The notes under the pieces were generated by a model that saw only the letters and a program-made list of their open reading frames with translations, did no database searches and had not been told where the DNA came from. A stretch of 64,000 nt of DNA from an uncultured Saprospiraceae bacterium. GTDB taxonomy: Bacteria > Bacteroidota > Bacteroidia > Chitinophagales > Saprospiraceae. Position 1 is the first letter of the stretch. Each line of letters opens with the position of its first letter. Location of the stretch: the NCBI GenBank assembly GCA_938022165.1, contig CALIEI010000053.1, positions 2,111-66,110 on the forward strand, read 5' to 3'. The position numbers were made by a program, and so were the translations under genes. Of the stretch, positions 56,464 through 64,000 are shown in pieces.

Positions 56464-56564
56464 TTAATTATAAATGATAAATTATAAATGCTTCTCTGGT
56501 TTCTACTTACTAGCGAATTAGCTTATGACTTGGAGCCCATCTAAAACGTTTATAATTTATAACC
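56464..56564. repeat. AT-word module pair in inverted orientation flanking ~50 bp (short member of the stop-codon-abutting repeat family)
   Basis: TTAATTATAAATGATAAATTATAAATGCTTCTCTGG starts immediately after the TAG stop. The inverted partner CGTTTATAATTTATAA is at 56547-56564. It shares GCTTCTCTG and CGAATTRGCTTA with 62845-62875. Confidence 0.7.
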
Positions 56565-56740
56565 TGTCCTGAGCGACTTTAGTCGCCGAAGGATTCACAA
56601 TTTATCATTCTTTTCCGGGAGTGCCACCAGCTTCAGTGAAAAACTTCAGCTGCTGTCGCGCTATCCGAGACGCCGCGTTCGCTTTGGTCCTTCGGACTTC
56701 CGATCAAAGATCGGAATCTCTACTATCGCTCACTCAAAAG
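56565..56740. repeat. GC-rich intergenic island
   Basis: The GCGCTATCCGAGACGCCGCGTTCGCTTTGGTCCTTCGGACTTCCGATCAAAGATCGGAATC segment contains hairpins (TCCGATC-AAA-GATCGGA) and words shared with 28590-28620. Confidence 0.45.
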
Positions 56741-56823
56741 TGTAAATTTTTATTTTATTTGTTTACTCAAAACTAATATCCTTGATACTTTTGAATTTCC
56801 ACTGTCTTAAATAAATTACTTAT

Positions 56824-57573
56824 ATGGAATTAACAAGAAAAATAATTTTCACAACTCTAGCTTTTTTATTTATCTGCCATACTTCAATAATAGCACAACA
56901 TAAGAAAGGAGTTTTAATTTATGAGGCTCAAAATATAAGGGGTTACACATGGGAAGATAAGATTGCAGAAAGTAATTTGGACTCCATACAATCTTCTAAT
57001 GCTAGAAAGCGAATAGAAGAATTTCTTGGAAAGAGAAAAAAAGAAGAAGAGTTAAAGAAAAAAAAGCCTTTTATATGGGAATACCACTTCAATAAAGCAA
57101 AAGCACGCGTAATTGGCAATAAAGTTTATCAAGGAAAAACTTTTGGCATATACGACTACAAGGAAAACACTAGAATCGTAAGGCGATATCATAAAGGAAA
57201 CCCAAATGACTTTCGAATTGACTCTGTCGATTATAACTTTATTAATGGAGAGAAAGAATTTGAAGTTGAAATTTTCAGAGACAGCACCAAGATTATAAGA
57301 GGCTTTGATTGTTATAAAATTGAAATCGTTGAAAAATGGGGATACGACAAAAGACCTTCATTATTTTATGAAATTTATGTCACTGATAGCATTCATTTTC
57401 CTGTTAATGCTTTGATGCATATCCCTGTCTTCGTATCTAATTCTTGTCCAGTAAGTATAAAACATTGGGGGCTACGAAAAGAGAACTACTTCAGTGCAGA
57501 ACTAATTAGTTTCAATAAAAACCTAAGAAAAAAAATGCTAAAGGTGCCAAAAGAGTTTAAAGGCAAGCAGTAA
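56824..57573 (+). CDS. secreted hypothetical protein (249 aa)
   Basis: Signal-like N-terminus (IFTTLAFLFICHTSIIAQ). AT-rich, Lys-rich composition. No recognisable domain. Confidence 0.55.
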   Translation: MELTRKIIFTTLAFLFICHTSIIAQHKKGVLIYEAQNIRGYTWEDKIAESNLDSIQSSNARKRIEEFLGKRKKEEELKKKKPFIWEYHFNKAKARVIGNKVYQGKTFGIYDYKENTRIVRRYHKGNPNDFRIDSVDYNFINGEKEFEVEIFRDSTKIIRGFDCYKIEIVEKWGYDKRPSLFYEIYVTDSIHFPVNALMHIPVFVSNSCPVSIKHWGLRKENYFSAELISFNKNLRKKMLKVPKEFKGKQ

Positions 57574-57599
57574 GTAATTTATCCCACCAATAATAGTTG

Positions 57600-57960
57600 A
57601 ATCTTACCTATCGTATTTTTATTTTTCTAAGGTATCCCACCTCTGCGAGTTGGACAAGCTTGAACAAGAGAGAATTGCTAAGGTGCCTAAGGTGGTTTCC
57701 CGAATAAGATTTGCGATACCCATTCGTTCAGAACCCCTTGAAAATCCTAAAAGCTCTTCAGCGTATACAATATACCTAATTTTTTCTAAAGTGTCTTGTA
57801 CATGATAGAATTGCTCTTCAGTGCCCCACCTCTACGAGTTGGGCAAGCTACGGTGGTTAACCGAATCAGATTTGCTGCATTCATGCATTCGGAATCACCT
57901 GAGCTTATCCAACTAATAGAGTTGAAAATCTAGACTTGTCTTGCGCATACAAGCCACCTA
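57600..57960. repeat. two tandem units of the mosaic repeat family in inverted orientation relative to 61597-63235
   Basis: 57825-57862, CTCTTCAGTGCCCCACCTCTACGAGTTGGGCAAGCTACGGTGGTTAAC, is the near reverse complement of 63181-63222. 57636-57660 is likewise the near reverse complement of 61784-61810. Confidence 0.75.
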
Positions 57961-58078
57961 AGTTTTTCACCTAGAGATCCAGCATCTCAGAGTTTTTTAT
58001 TAAATTGTAACATAAATTCATCCAAAACAACCATCTAAACGCAAATAGACACGTTATAATTAAAGTAACATATTCAAT

Positions 58079-58597
58079 ATGACAAGGATTCTTATCCTAT
58101 TTTCATTTCTGTTGATTAGCCATATTGGCAAGGCACAGTTATACTCAGACAGTATCTCGGTCAACTTCTTTCTCATTGACGAATGCCGTATTAGCCAAAA
58201 TATGAGTGCCGAGATCAATCATGTGCACGAAACTTTTGCATCAGATGCTATTCAATTTGAATGTTACTTTCCAAATAGTTCATCCACTGTAGAAAAGATA
58301 GAGGGCTTTCTTTCGGACTATCAAATAGATATTCCTTACACTACCGACTATGATAAAAAGAAGACTATGCATTATGGAGCTAGCATCGCACCAGAAGTGG
58401 TGGTGTATGACGAGAAAAAAAAGGAAGTCTTATACAAAGGAAGAATAGATAACTCTTTTGATGCAGTTGGGACAAGGCGGAGGGTCATTACTTCTAGAGA
58501 TCTGAGAGAAACCCTACAGGCTATAATTGAACAAAAAGAAATAACAACTAAAGAAACGCAAGCCATTGGCTGCTTTTTAAATATTCAAAAGCAATAA
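58079..58597 (+). CDS. thioredoxin-fold-like protein lacking a CxxC pair (hypothetical)
   Basis: Signal peptide. Redoxin-like layout ending in PEVVVYDEKKKEVLYKGRIDN, but with only a single Cys (DECRIS) where CxxC is expected. It ends 1 nt before the next gene. Confidence 0.4.
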   Translation: MTRILILFSFLLISHIGKAQLYSDSISVNFFLIDECRISQNMSAEINHVHETFASDAIQFECYFPNSSSTVEKIEGFLSDYQIDIPYTTDYDKKKTMHYGASIAPEVVVYDEKKKEVLYKGRIDNSFDAVGTRRRVITSRDLRETLQAIIEQKEITTKETQAIGCFLNIQKQ

Positions 58598-58598
58598 A

Positions 58599-60179
58599 AT
58601 GAAATACTTATTACCCACACTAATTATCATTTTACTCTCTATTGACGTAAATGCTCAGCGTACTTTTGCCAATGACATTGCGCCGATTATTTATGAGAAA
58701 TGTGCTACCTGCCATCGAGATGGTGAGATAGGCCCAATGGCTTTGACCAATTATGAAGAAGTACAATCTTGGGGACCTACCATAGAGTTTGTTACGAGTA
58801 GCAAGATCATGCCGCCATGGCAACCAGATCCTAGCTACTCTACTTTCTTGGGGGAGAATTTTTTAACGGATGAGGAAATAGCAACTATATCAGAATGGGT
58901 AAATGATGATATGCCAAGAGGAGATGCCAATGCAGAGCCAGCATTTCCTGATTTTCCAGAAGGATCCGTTTTGGGTACGCCCGACTTGGTTTTAGAAATG
59001 GAAGAAGACTGGGTGCACGAAGGCAACTTCCAAGATGACTATAGATATTTTGTATTTCCTACAAACTTCCCGGATGACAAAGTGATCAAGGCGGTGGAGT
59101 TTAGACCTGGTAATTCTAAAATTGTTCACCATGCACTCCTCTTTGAGGATGTCACTGGTGCAGCAAGAGAAAAGGATGACGCTACTCCAGAATATGGATT
59201 TGATGGTTTTGGTAGTTTCCTAGATGGCAACTCCACAAGCATATTGACGCAGAAGCAATTCCCTGGGTTTGTTCCTGGTCAAAAGCCGATTCGGTATCCT
59301 GATGGATTGGGACAAATCTTGCAAGCTGGAGCTGATGTAGTCGTACAGATTCATTATGCACCTTGGCCCATAACAGAAACGGATCGTTCGAAGATGAATA
59401 TCTTTTTTATGGATGAGACGGAGGAAGAATTGGAACGCCAAGTTCAAGGTCATATTATGGTTCCTCTACAAGAGGTTATTGGAGAACAGTTTTTCATTCT
59501 TGCCAATACTAAAAAAGAATTTCACGGAAGATACACTGTACCAATAGATGTCAGTCTGGTAAATATTGCTCCTCATATGCATCTACTCGGTAAGCACTGG
59601 GAAGTATGGGTAGAGACGCCTGATGGTGATCGCATCAACTTAATCAACGTACCAGAATGGGATTTCAACTGGCAAGGATCTTATAGTTTTGATCGCTTCA
59701 AAGTGGTGCCTGCAGGTAGTGTTGTACATGCCGTAGCGAGTTATGACAATACCACAGATAATCCTAACAATCCAAGCAATCCACCTCAATTCGTCACTTG
59801 GGGTGAAGGTACTCAGGATGAGATGTACTACCTACCACTTGGCTTCGTAACTTATAAAGAAGGAGATGAAGACATCGTTTTTTCTGAAACCACAGTAAGT
59901 GCTAAAGACTTATTGGTCACCAATAATCTTATCTACCCTATTCAACCTAATCCAGTAAGTGCTCATACCGTAACTGGTTTTTATTTAGAACAAGGACAAA
60001 GTGTCAATATCAGTATTTATGATATTCAAGGTAAGAAAGTGAGAACCTTGAGAGAGAATGAATTCTTCAATATGGGTGATCACTTTATTGATTTTTCTAC
60101 TCGTGCTCTTTCAGGTGGAATTTATGTTTTGCAGATTCAAGGGAAGGATTTTATTATGACGGAGAAATTTGTTAAGTAA
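58599..60179 (+). CDS. secreted fusion: c-type haem-binding motif + PHM/DBH-like copper monooxygenase fold + T9SS C-terminal domain
   Basis: CATCH (CxxCH) with a distal IMPPW. Candidate Cu ligands IVHHALLF, QIHYAP, APHMHLLG and QDEMYY, spaced about 75 aa apart as in PHM. CTD IYPIQPNP..GIYVLQIQGKDFIMTEKFVK. Confidence 0.7.
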   Translation: MKYLLPTLIIILLSIDVNAQRTFANDIAPIIYEKCATCHRDGEIGPMALTNYEEVQSWGPTIEFVTSSKIMPPWQPDPSYSTFLGENFLTDEEIATISEWVNDDMPRGDANAEPAFPDFPEGSVLGTPDLVLEMEEDWVHEGNFQDDYRYFVFPTNFPDDKVIKAVEFRPGNSKIVHHALLFEDVTGAAREKDDATPEYGFDGFGSFLDGNSTSILTQKQFPGFVPGQKPIRYPDGLGQILQAGADVVVQIHYAPWPITETDRSKMNIFFMDETEEELERQVQGHIMVPLQEVIGEQFFILANTKKEFHGRYTVPIDVSLVNIAPHMHLLGKHWEVWVETPDGDRINLINVPEWDFNWQGSYSFDRFKVVPAGSVVHAVASYDNTTDNPNNPSNPPQFVTWGEGTQDEMYYLPLGFVTYKEGDEDIVFSETTVSAKDLLVTNNLIYPIQPNPVSAHTVTGFYLEQGQSVNISIYDIQGKKVRTLRENEFFNMGDHFIDFSTRALSGGIYVLQIQGKDFIMTEKFVK

Positions 60180-60194
60180 TTATAAATTATAAAT

Positions 60195-61587
60195 CACTAC
60201 TGTCCGGTTAAAACTGAAAGAGACTAAAAACGTTCCTTTATCGCCTATAAACACTATATGTGTGTCTTATTTTTTAAAAGTAAGCCCCTAGGCTAGAATA
60301 AAGTTGGTCCTTTGTTATTAATTGATTGATAGTTCAGCAACGATTTATATGGATTATTGAAGAACTTATACAAGTCTACATAAGTCATTAGATGAATTCG
60401 AATCATCGAACTAATGTTGGCAAAAGACCATTTAGTTCTAAGTTTTGACTGCACAATTTTGATTAACAAATCTGCGATTAAGGCACACCAAATCTGTATT
60501 TGTATTGCATTCTCATTATCTCCTAAAAAGTACTTTAGTGGATAATTTTGTTTAAGTCTTTTAAACAGTAACTCTATTTGCCATCTCTGTTTGTAGATTT
60601 GACTGATAGTATAGGCTGCCAATTTATTAGAGTTAGTAATGAAAGTAAATACCTTATCTTTTTCTTTATCATAATACTCAATCAGCCTAGCATTTATTCG
60701 GGTTACATCTTTATGAGATGTGTGGCCTAAAATTACTTGTTGATCTAGTCTAACCCCCTTATTGTATTGAGCTTTCGTAATTGGACTTTCGCTTATTACT
60801 TCACAAACAGCCCCTTTCCTTAGTCGAGTTACCCAAGTAACCTTGGCTTCATCCCACAGCTTATACTGAGCATAATCCACATAGGCCTTATCAAAGACTA
60901 CTATCGCTCCCTTTGGAAGCTGTAAGCCTTGTATAAAGGGGGTGTCGTGCTTTGCAGCAGCAGTTAGCTTGACAAAGCATGGTACATCTTCATCTGCTTT
61001 TATCATTGCATGTGCCTTAATACCACCTTTTCTTTTTCCATCTACAGGGTTTCTTCCAGCGTTCTTTAATATCTCTTTAAATAACTGAATAGTCGTTGAA
61101 TCAATTATATACAGTCTAGAGTGAATACTTTTTCTTGTTCGGCTGTCCGGTAAACTAGAACCAAATTGCTTGTATATTTCATAGTAAATAGCCTCAAATA
61201 CTTTTGAGGATCGATTCGCATTGCCTTCTGAAAGAGTACTTCTCCTTGGAAAATATTTGAGACCCAAGTGCCTTAGCTTTCCACTGCAACCTAGCATTCC
61301 AGTAGTAACTTCACGCAAAGAATTGCATTTGTGGAATATACCATAAAGCATCGTTACTAAATGGTCGTAAGTCTTAAACTTCTTATAGTAACGATCTGTG
61401 CCTAGCTTGCGAGCTATCCTATTGACTAATGAACGATCTACGAATTTAAGTAGCTGAGAAAATATTGGCTGTCCGGTAAAATTTGCATCTTGTGTCATCT
61501 TTATTTTTTTGTGTCGTAACAACAAAATATCGATAACTGAGAGAAGTTTTAGGACTTCTCTCTATTTTTTTCCCCGGACAACAATGA
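60195..61587 (-). mobile_element. IS4-like insertion sequence (1393 bp) with a 9-bp target-site duplication ATTATAAAT
   Basis: Imperfect terminal inverted repeats CACTACTGTCCGG and CATTGTTGTCCGG (reverse complement of the right end). Direct repeats at 60186-60194 and 61588-61596. Joining the flanks exactly reconstitutes the uninterrupted sequence seen at 62816-62850. Confidence 0.9.
60293..61498 (-). CDS. IS4-family DDE transposase (DUF4372-type N-terminus)
   Basis: The N-terminus FTGQPIFSQLLKFVDRSLVNRIARKLGTDRYYKKFKTYDHLVTMLYG is typical of DUF4372-containing IS4 transposases. DDE-region motifs IIDSTTI, VVFDKAYVDY and YKQRWQIELLFKRLK. ATG at 61498. Confidence 0.9.
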   Translation of the reverse strand: MTQDANFTGQPIFSQLLKFVDRSLVNRIARKLGTDRYYKKFKTYDHLVTMLYGIFHKCNSLREVTTGMLGCSGKLRHLGLKYFPRRSTLSEGNANRSSKVFEAIYYEIYKQFGSSLPDSRTRKSIHSRLYIIDSTTIQLFKEILKNAGRNPVDGKRKGGIKAHAMIKADEDVPCFVKLTAAAKHDTPFIQGLQLPKGAIVVFDKAYVDYAQYKLWDEAKVTWVTRLRKGAVCEVISESPITKAQYNKGVRLDQQVILGHTSHKDVTRINARLIEYYDKEKDKVFTFITNSNKLAAYTISQIYKQRWQIELLFKRLKQNYPLKYFLGDNENAIQIQIWCALIADLLIKIVQSKLRTKWSFANISSMIRIHLMTYVDLYKFFNNPYKSLLNYQSINNKGPTLF

Positions 61588-61596
61588 TTATAAATG

Positions 61597-62005
61597 GTGA
61601 ATTATAAACGCCTTTCTGACTCGAATTGCTTAGGACATAAGTTTTCTTTGTTATTCTTCAGTGCCTCGAGCACGCTAAAGAAGCCCTGCGCTGACTACGG
61701 TGATTAACGAACAAACAAGAGCTGCTTTAAAGTATTCATTTAACACCGTAGACACTACAGTTACTCTAACGTGTTCAAACACCAGAGCTTGTCCAACTCA
61801 TAGAGGTGGAACACCAAAGCTGCTATAACGTGTTCTTAAATATTCTACAGTGCCTTGAACAAGCTAAAGAAGCCTTCGGTGACTACAGTGGTTAACGAAC
61901 AAACAAGAGCTGCTTTATCGTGTTCATTTTAACACTGGTAGACACCGAAGCTCTTCTAACGTGTTCTTTAATTTTCTTCAAGGCCTCGAACAAGCCTAAA
62001 GTAGC
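61597..62005. repeat. mosaic hairpin-repeat array, copy A
   Basis: Collinear with copy B (62834-63235). It is built of sub-motifs TTCTTCAGTGCCTCGRACAAGCTAAAGAAGCC, CGGTGACTACRGTGGTTAACGAACAAA, ATTTTAACACCGTAGACAC, GAAGCTGCTCTAACGTGTTC and AGCTTGYCCAACTCATAGAGGTGG. Confidence 0.85.
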
Positions 62006-62176
62006 TAGTAGATAGATGAATCAATAGCTGTGATAAATGCAGGTATTGAGTAGTTTAAGGTCAAAATATTAATGAAAAGTACTGCATTTTTTCTAAAATA
62101 AACCGATCTTGAAGAAGCTTTCTTATGGCGACTTCACGCAGTATAACCATCAATTACTTTTTAAATAAACAAGAAC

Positions 62177-62740
62177 ATGAAAATTTCCACTCGTTTAACC
62201 TTCATCTCTCTATGTATTTCTTATTCGCTTTTCTTTTTTCAACCAAAATTGATCTTGGCTCAAACTAAAACAGAGAAGAATAAGTACAACTTGCCTAAAC
62301 ATATCAAAAACAGTAATAATGTTCTACTAGTGCAGTTAAAGGGAAGAAAGAATTATGACAGGTATATTATTAAACATATGAAAAATGAGTATTCCGGAAA
62401 GTATGAATTTTTAGAAGTAGAAAGTATAAGTAAATATTATGGAGATTACCCAAGCATCCAAAGAGACGGATTCACCATTTATTATTTTCGTGATAATCCT
62501 AAGTTTGAAGGTAAATATGAAGATGTTGAGAAATACAGATACTTTTTAGGGCAATATTATATTGCAACCAATGGAGCCTGGAGATTTCCAGGTAAGAAAA
62601 GTGAAGTGTATACACGTTTTAAGAGCCATTTTTACATTCTTGATAGAAAGACAGGTGAAAAATATGATTACACTCAACCAGGTAATTCGTTTGCTAAGTT
62701 CTTTAAAAAATATATTACTGCAATAGATGAAGGAGTGTGA
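62177..62740 (+). CDS. secreted hypothetical protein (187 aa)
   Basis: Signal MKISTRLTFISLCISYSLFFFQPKLILAQ. Lys/Tyr-rich, AT-rich. No recognisable domain. Confidence 0.55.
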   Translation: MKISTRLTFISLCISYSLFFFQPKLILAQTKTEKNKYNLPKHIKNSNNVLLVQLKGRKNYDRYIIKHMKNEYSGKYEFLEVESISKYYGDYPSIQRDGFTIYYFRDNPKFEGKYEDVEKYRYFLGQYYIATNGAWRFPGKKSEVYTRFKSHFYILDRKTGEKYDYTQPGNSFAKFFKKYITAIDEGV

Positions 62741-62768
62741 TAGATGAAGGAGTATAATAATTATATAA

Positions 62769-62818
62769 TGCATGTGAGCAGAAAGGAATTCGTCTTGACG
62801 GAGAAATTTGTTAAGTAA
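62769..62818 (+). pseudogene. orphan 3' stub of a T9SS-cargo gene (last ~12 codons, RKEFVLTEKFVK-stop)
   Basis: 62796-62833 is identical to 60157-60194, which is the end of gene 58599..60179 plus the AT-word module. Upstream codons remain similar at protein level (GKDFIMTEKFVK versus RKEFVLTEKFVK). Confidence 0.7.
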
Positions 62819-63235
62819 TTATAAATTATAAATGGTGAATTATAAACGCTTCTCTGACTCGAATTGCTTAGGGCATAAGTTTTCTTTGTTATTCTTCAGT
62901 CCCTCGAACAAGCTAATGAAGCTTTCGGTGACTACGGTGGTTAACGAACAAATAAGAGCTACTTTTAAGTATTCATTTTAACACCGTAGTCACCGAAGCT
63001 GCTCTGTCATGTTCAAACACCGTAGGCACTGAAGCTGCTCTAACGTGTTCTTAAATATTCTTCAGTGCCTCGGACAAGCTAAAGAAGCCCTGCGGTGCCT
63101 ACAGTGGTAAACGAACACATAAGAGCTGTTTTAAAGTATTCATTTTACCACCGTAGACACTACTCTAACGTGTTCAAACACCGTAGCTTGCAACTCATAG
63201 AGGTGGGGCACTGAAGCTACTCTAACGTGTTCAAA
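62819..63235. repeat. AT-word module + mosaic hairpin-repeat array, copy B (uninterrupted)
   Basis: TAATTATAAATTATAAATGGTGAATTATAAACGC followed by the array. It contains a 14-bp perfect inverted repeat, CGGTGACTACGGTG (62926-62939) / CACCGTAGTCACCG (62982-62995), and GGCACTGAAG / CTTCAGTGCC arms. Confidence 0.85.
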
Positions 63236-63425
63236 AAAGGTATCAGTTCTAACTTCAATAAAGCGCGACGGGCGGGACGCCCCAAAGCTCGGCAAGCCGT
63301 ATGGCGCGTAGAGCTTAGAGATAGAAATGGTATCGGGCTTTTTTCAAGCCCGATAGGAATGGATAGCTCGACTCCTTCCCTTTTTCAGGGAATGGAGGAA
63401 GCCCCAAAAAATGACCATCATATCT
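63236..63425. repeat. GC-rich intergenic island
   Basis: GCGCGACGGGCGGGACGCCCCAAAGCTCGGCAAGCC. Hairpins ATCGGGC-TTTTTTCAA-GCCCGAT and TTCCCT-TTTTC-AGGGAA. The GCCCCAAAAAA word is shared with 22975 and 34735. The track ORF 63227..63427 is rejected. Confidence 0.5.
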
Positions 63426-63548
63426 AAAAAATTATATATAATTGATAATCAATATTTTACGAGATATACGCCGGCATGACCAGATTATTGGCACAGTACT
63501 TGCAATCTAGTAAGTAAGTTTTGGTTAAAAAATTGTAAGATTCGTTTG

Positions 63549-63580
63549 AGCCCGCATTGTAAAAAATGTGGGCTTTTTTT
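63549..63580. terminator. hairpin + T7 (plus-strand sense) abutting the stop of the minus-strand gene
   Basis: AGCCCGCAT-TGTAAAAA-ATGTGGGCT followed by TTTTTTT. It is canonical only on the plus strand, where no upstream CDS exists. Confidence 0.45.
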
Positions 63581-64000
63581 ATTGGTGGATGATGACTTTA
63601 GATTGGTAGAGGTGACTGTCGTCCTGAATGCTTAGCATATACATGCCTGGAGCCAAATTACTAGTGATCACCGTCATCTGGCTTATGGAATGATTATGAA
63701 TGCCCATGTGCACTTCCTGCCCAGCAATGCTCAGTAGAGAGACTTTCATATCTCCCTGAATAGTCTCTGGTAGATTGACTGTAAATGTACCCTGATTTGG
63801 ATTCGGATAAAGTTCTAATGGTGTGTTGATCACCTGTGTGGTGGCCGTACCGATTTGGATCTCGAATGTTTTTACCACTTCGCAGCCATTGGCGTCGGTG
63901 ACGGTCGCTGTATAAAAACCGGCTCCTAATTCGTCAATCACAAATCCTGTCTCTCCATTGCTCCACTGAACTGCATAAGTAGGTGTTCCGCCTGAGATAT
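63579..64000 (-). CDS. T9SS cargo protein with SprB-type repeat, C-terminal ~140 codons (N-terminus beyond the window end)
   Basis: The frame is open to position 64000. My own translation upstream of the track's GTG reads SGGTPTYAVQWSNGETGFVIDELGAGFYTATVTDANGCE (SprB-repeat pattern). CTD LYPNPNQGTFTVNL..GMYMLSIQDDSHLYQSKVIIHQ. Confidence 0.8.
   Translation of the reverse strand, partial: ISGGTPTYAVQWSNGETGFVIDELGAGFYTATVTDANGCEVVKTFEIQIGTATTQVINTPLELYPNPNQGTFTVNLPETIQGDMKVSLLSIAGQEVHMGIHNHSISQMTVITSNLAPGMYMLSIQDDSHLYQSKVIIHQ

Noticed and set aside
63227-63427. 66-aa plus-strand ORF (..RRAGRPKARQAVWRVELRDRNG..).
   Set aside because: Same reasoning as above: it sits in a GC-rich island with internal hairpins, immediately following the repeat array, and its composition is not coding-like.
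1-64000. Search by eye for tRNA, rRNA, tmRNA, RNase P and SRP RNA signatures (for example GGTTCGAATCC T-arms, GAGGAAAGTCC).
   Set aside because: No convincing match was found on either strand. A covariance-model scan would be needed to exclude them formally.

Overview
This is a 64 kb chromosomal segment from a Bacteroidota-type genome. The evidence for that is four proteins ending in T9SS C-terminal sorting domains, a short 288-aa primary sigma factor, TAnnTTTG -7 promoter boxes, TonB-dependent receptors with CarboxypepD_reg N-termini, and no obvious Shine-Dalgarno sites. Most of the window is housekeeping: folP, mutS, pnp, rpsO, rpoD, mazG, rlmH, a KAS III enzyme, a crotonase, a PhoR/OmpR-like two-component pair, an M23 peptidase and an OmpA/PD40 protein. 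I found no rRNA, tRNA, CRISPR array or recognisable defence or cas genes. Five things are unusual. (1) A 1880-aa T9SS cargo protein is built from 19 tandem cysteine-framed modules of about 94 aa that I cannot assign to a known domain family. (2) An AT-rich block holds two translationally coupled 7TM-DISM histidine-kinase paralogs whose catalytic motifs look complementarily degenerate, plus a divergent NarL/LuxR regulator. (3) A pervasive family of intergenic repeats includes an AT-word module that begins at stop codons, mosaic hairpin arrays and GC-rich islands. One copy is interrupted by an IS4-like element, and the uninterrupted empty site is present elsewhere in the window. (4) A secreted protein fuses a cytochrome c motif to a PHM/DBH-like copper monooxygenase. 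(5) A small gene is split by a single in-frame TAA. All product calls rest on motifs read by eye; no database search was possible.
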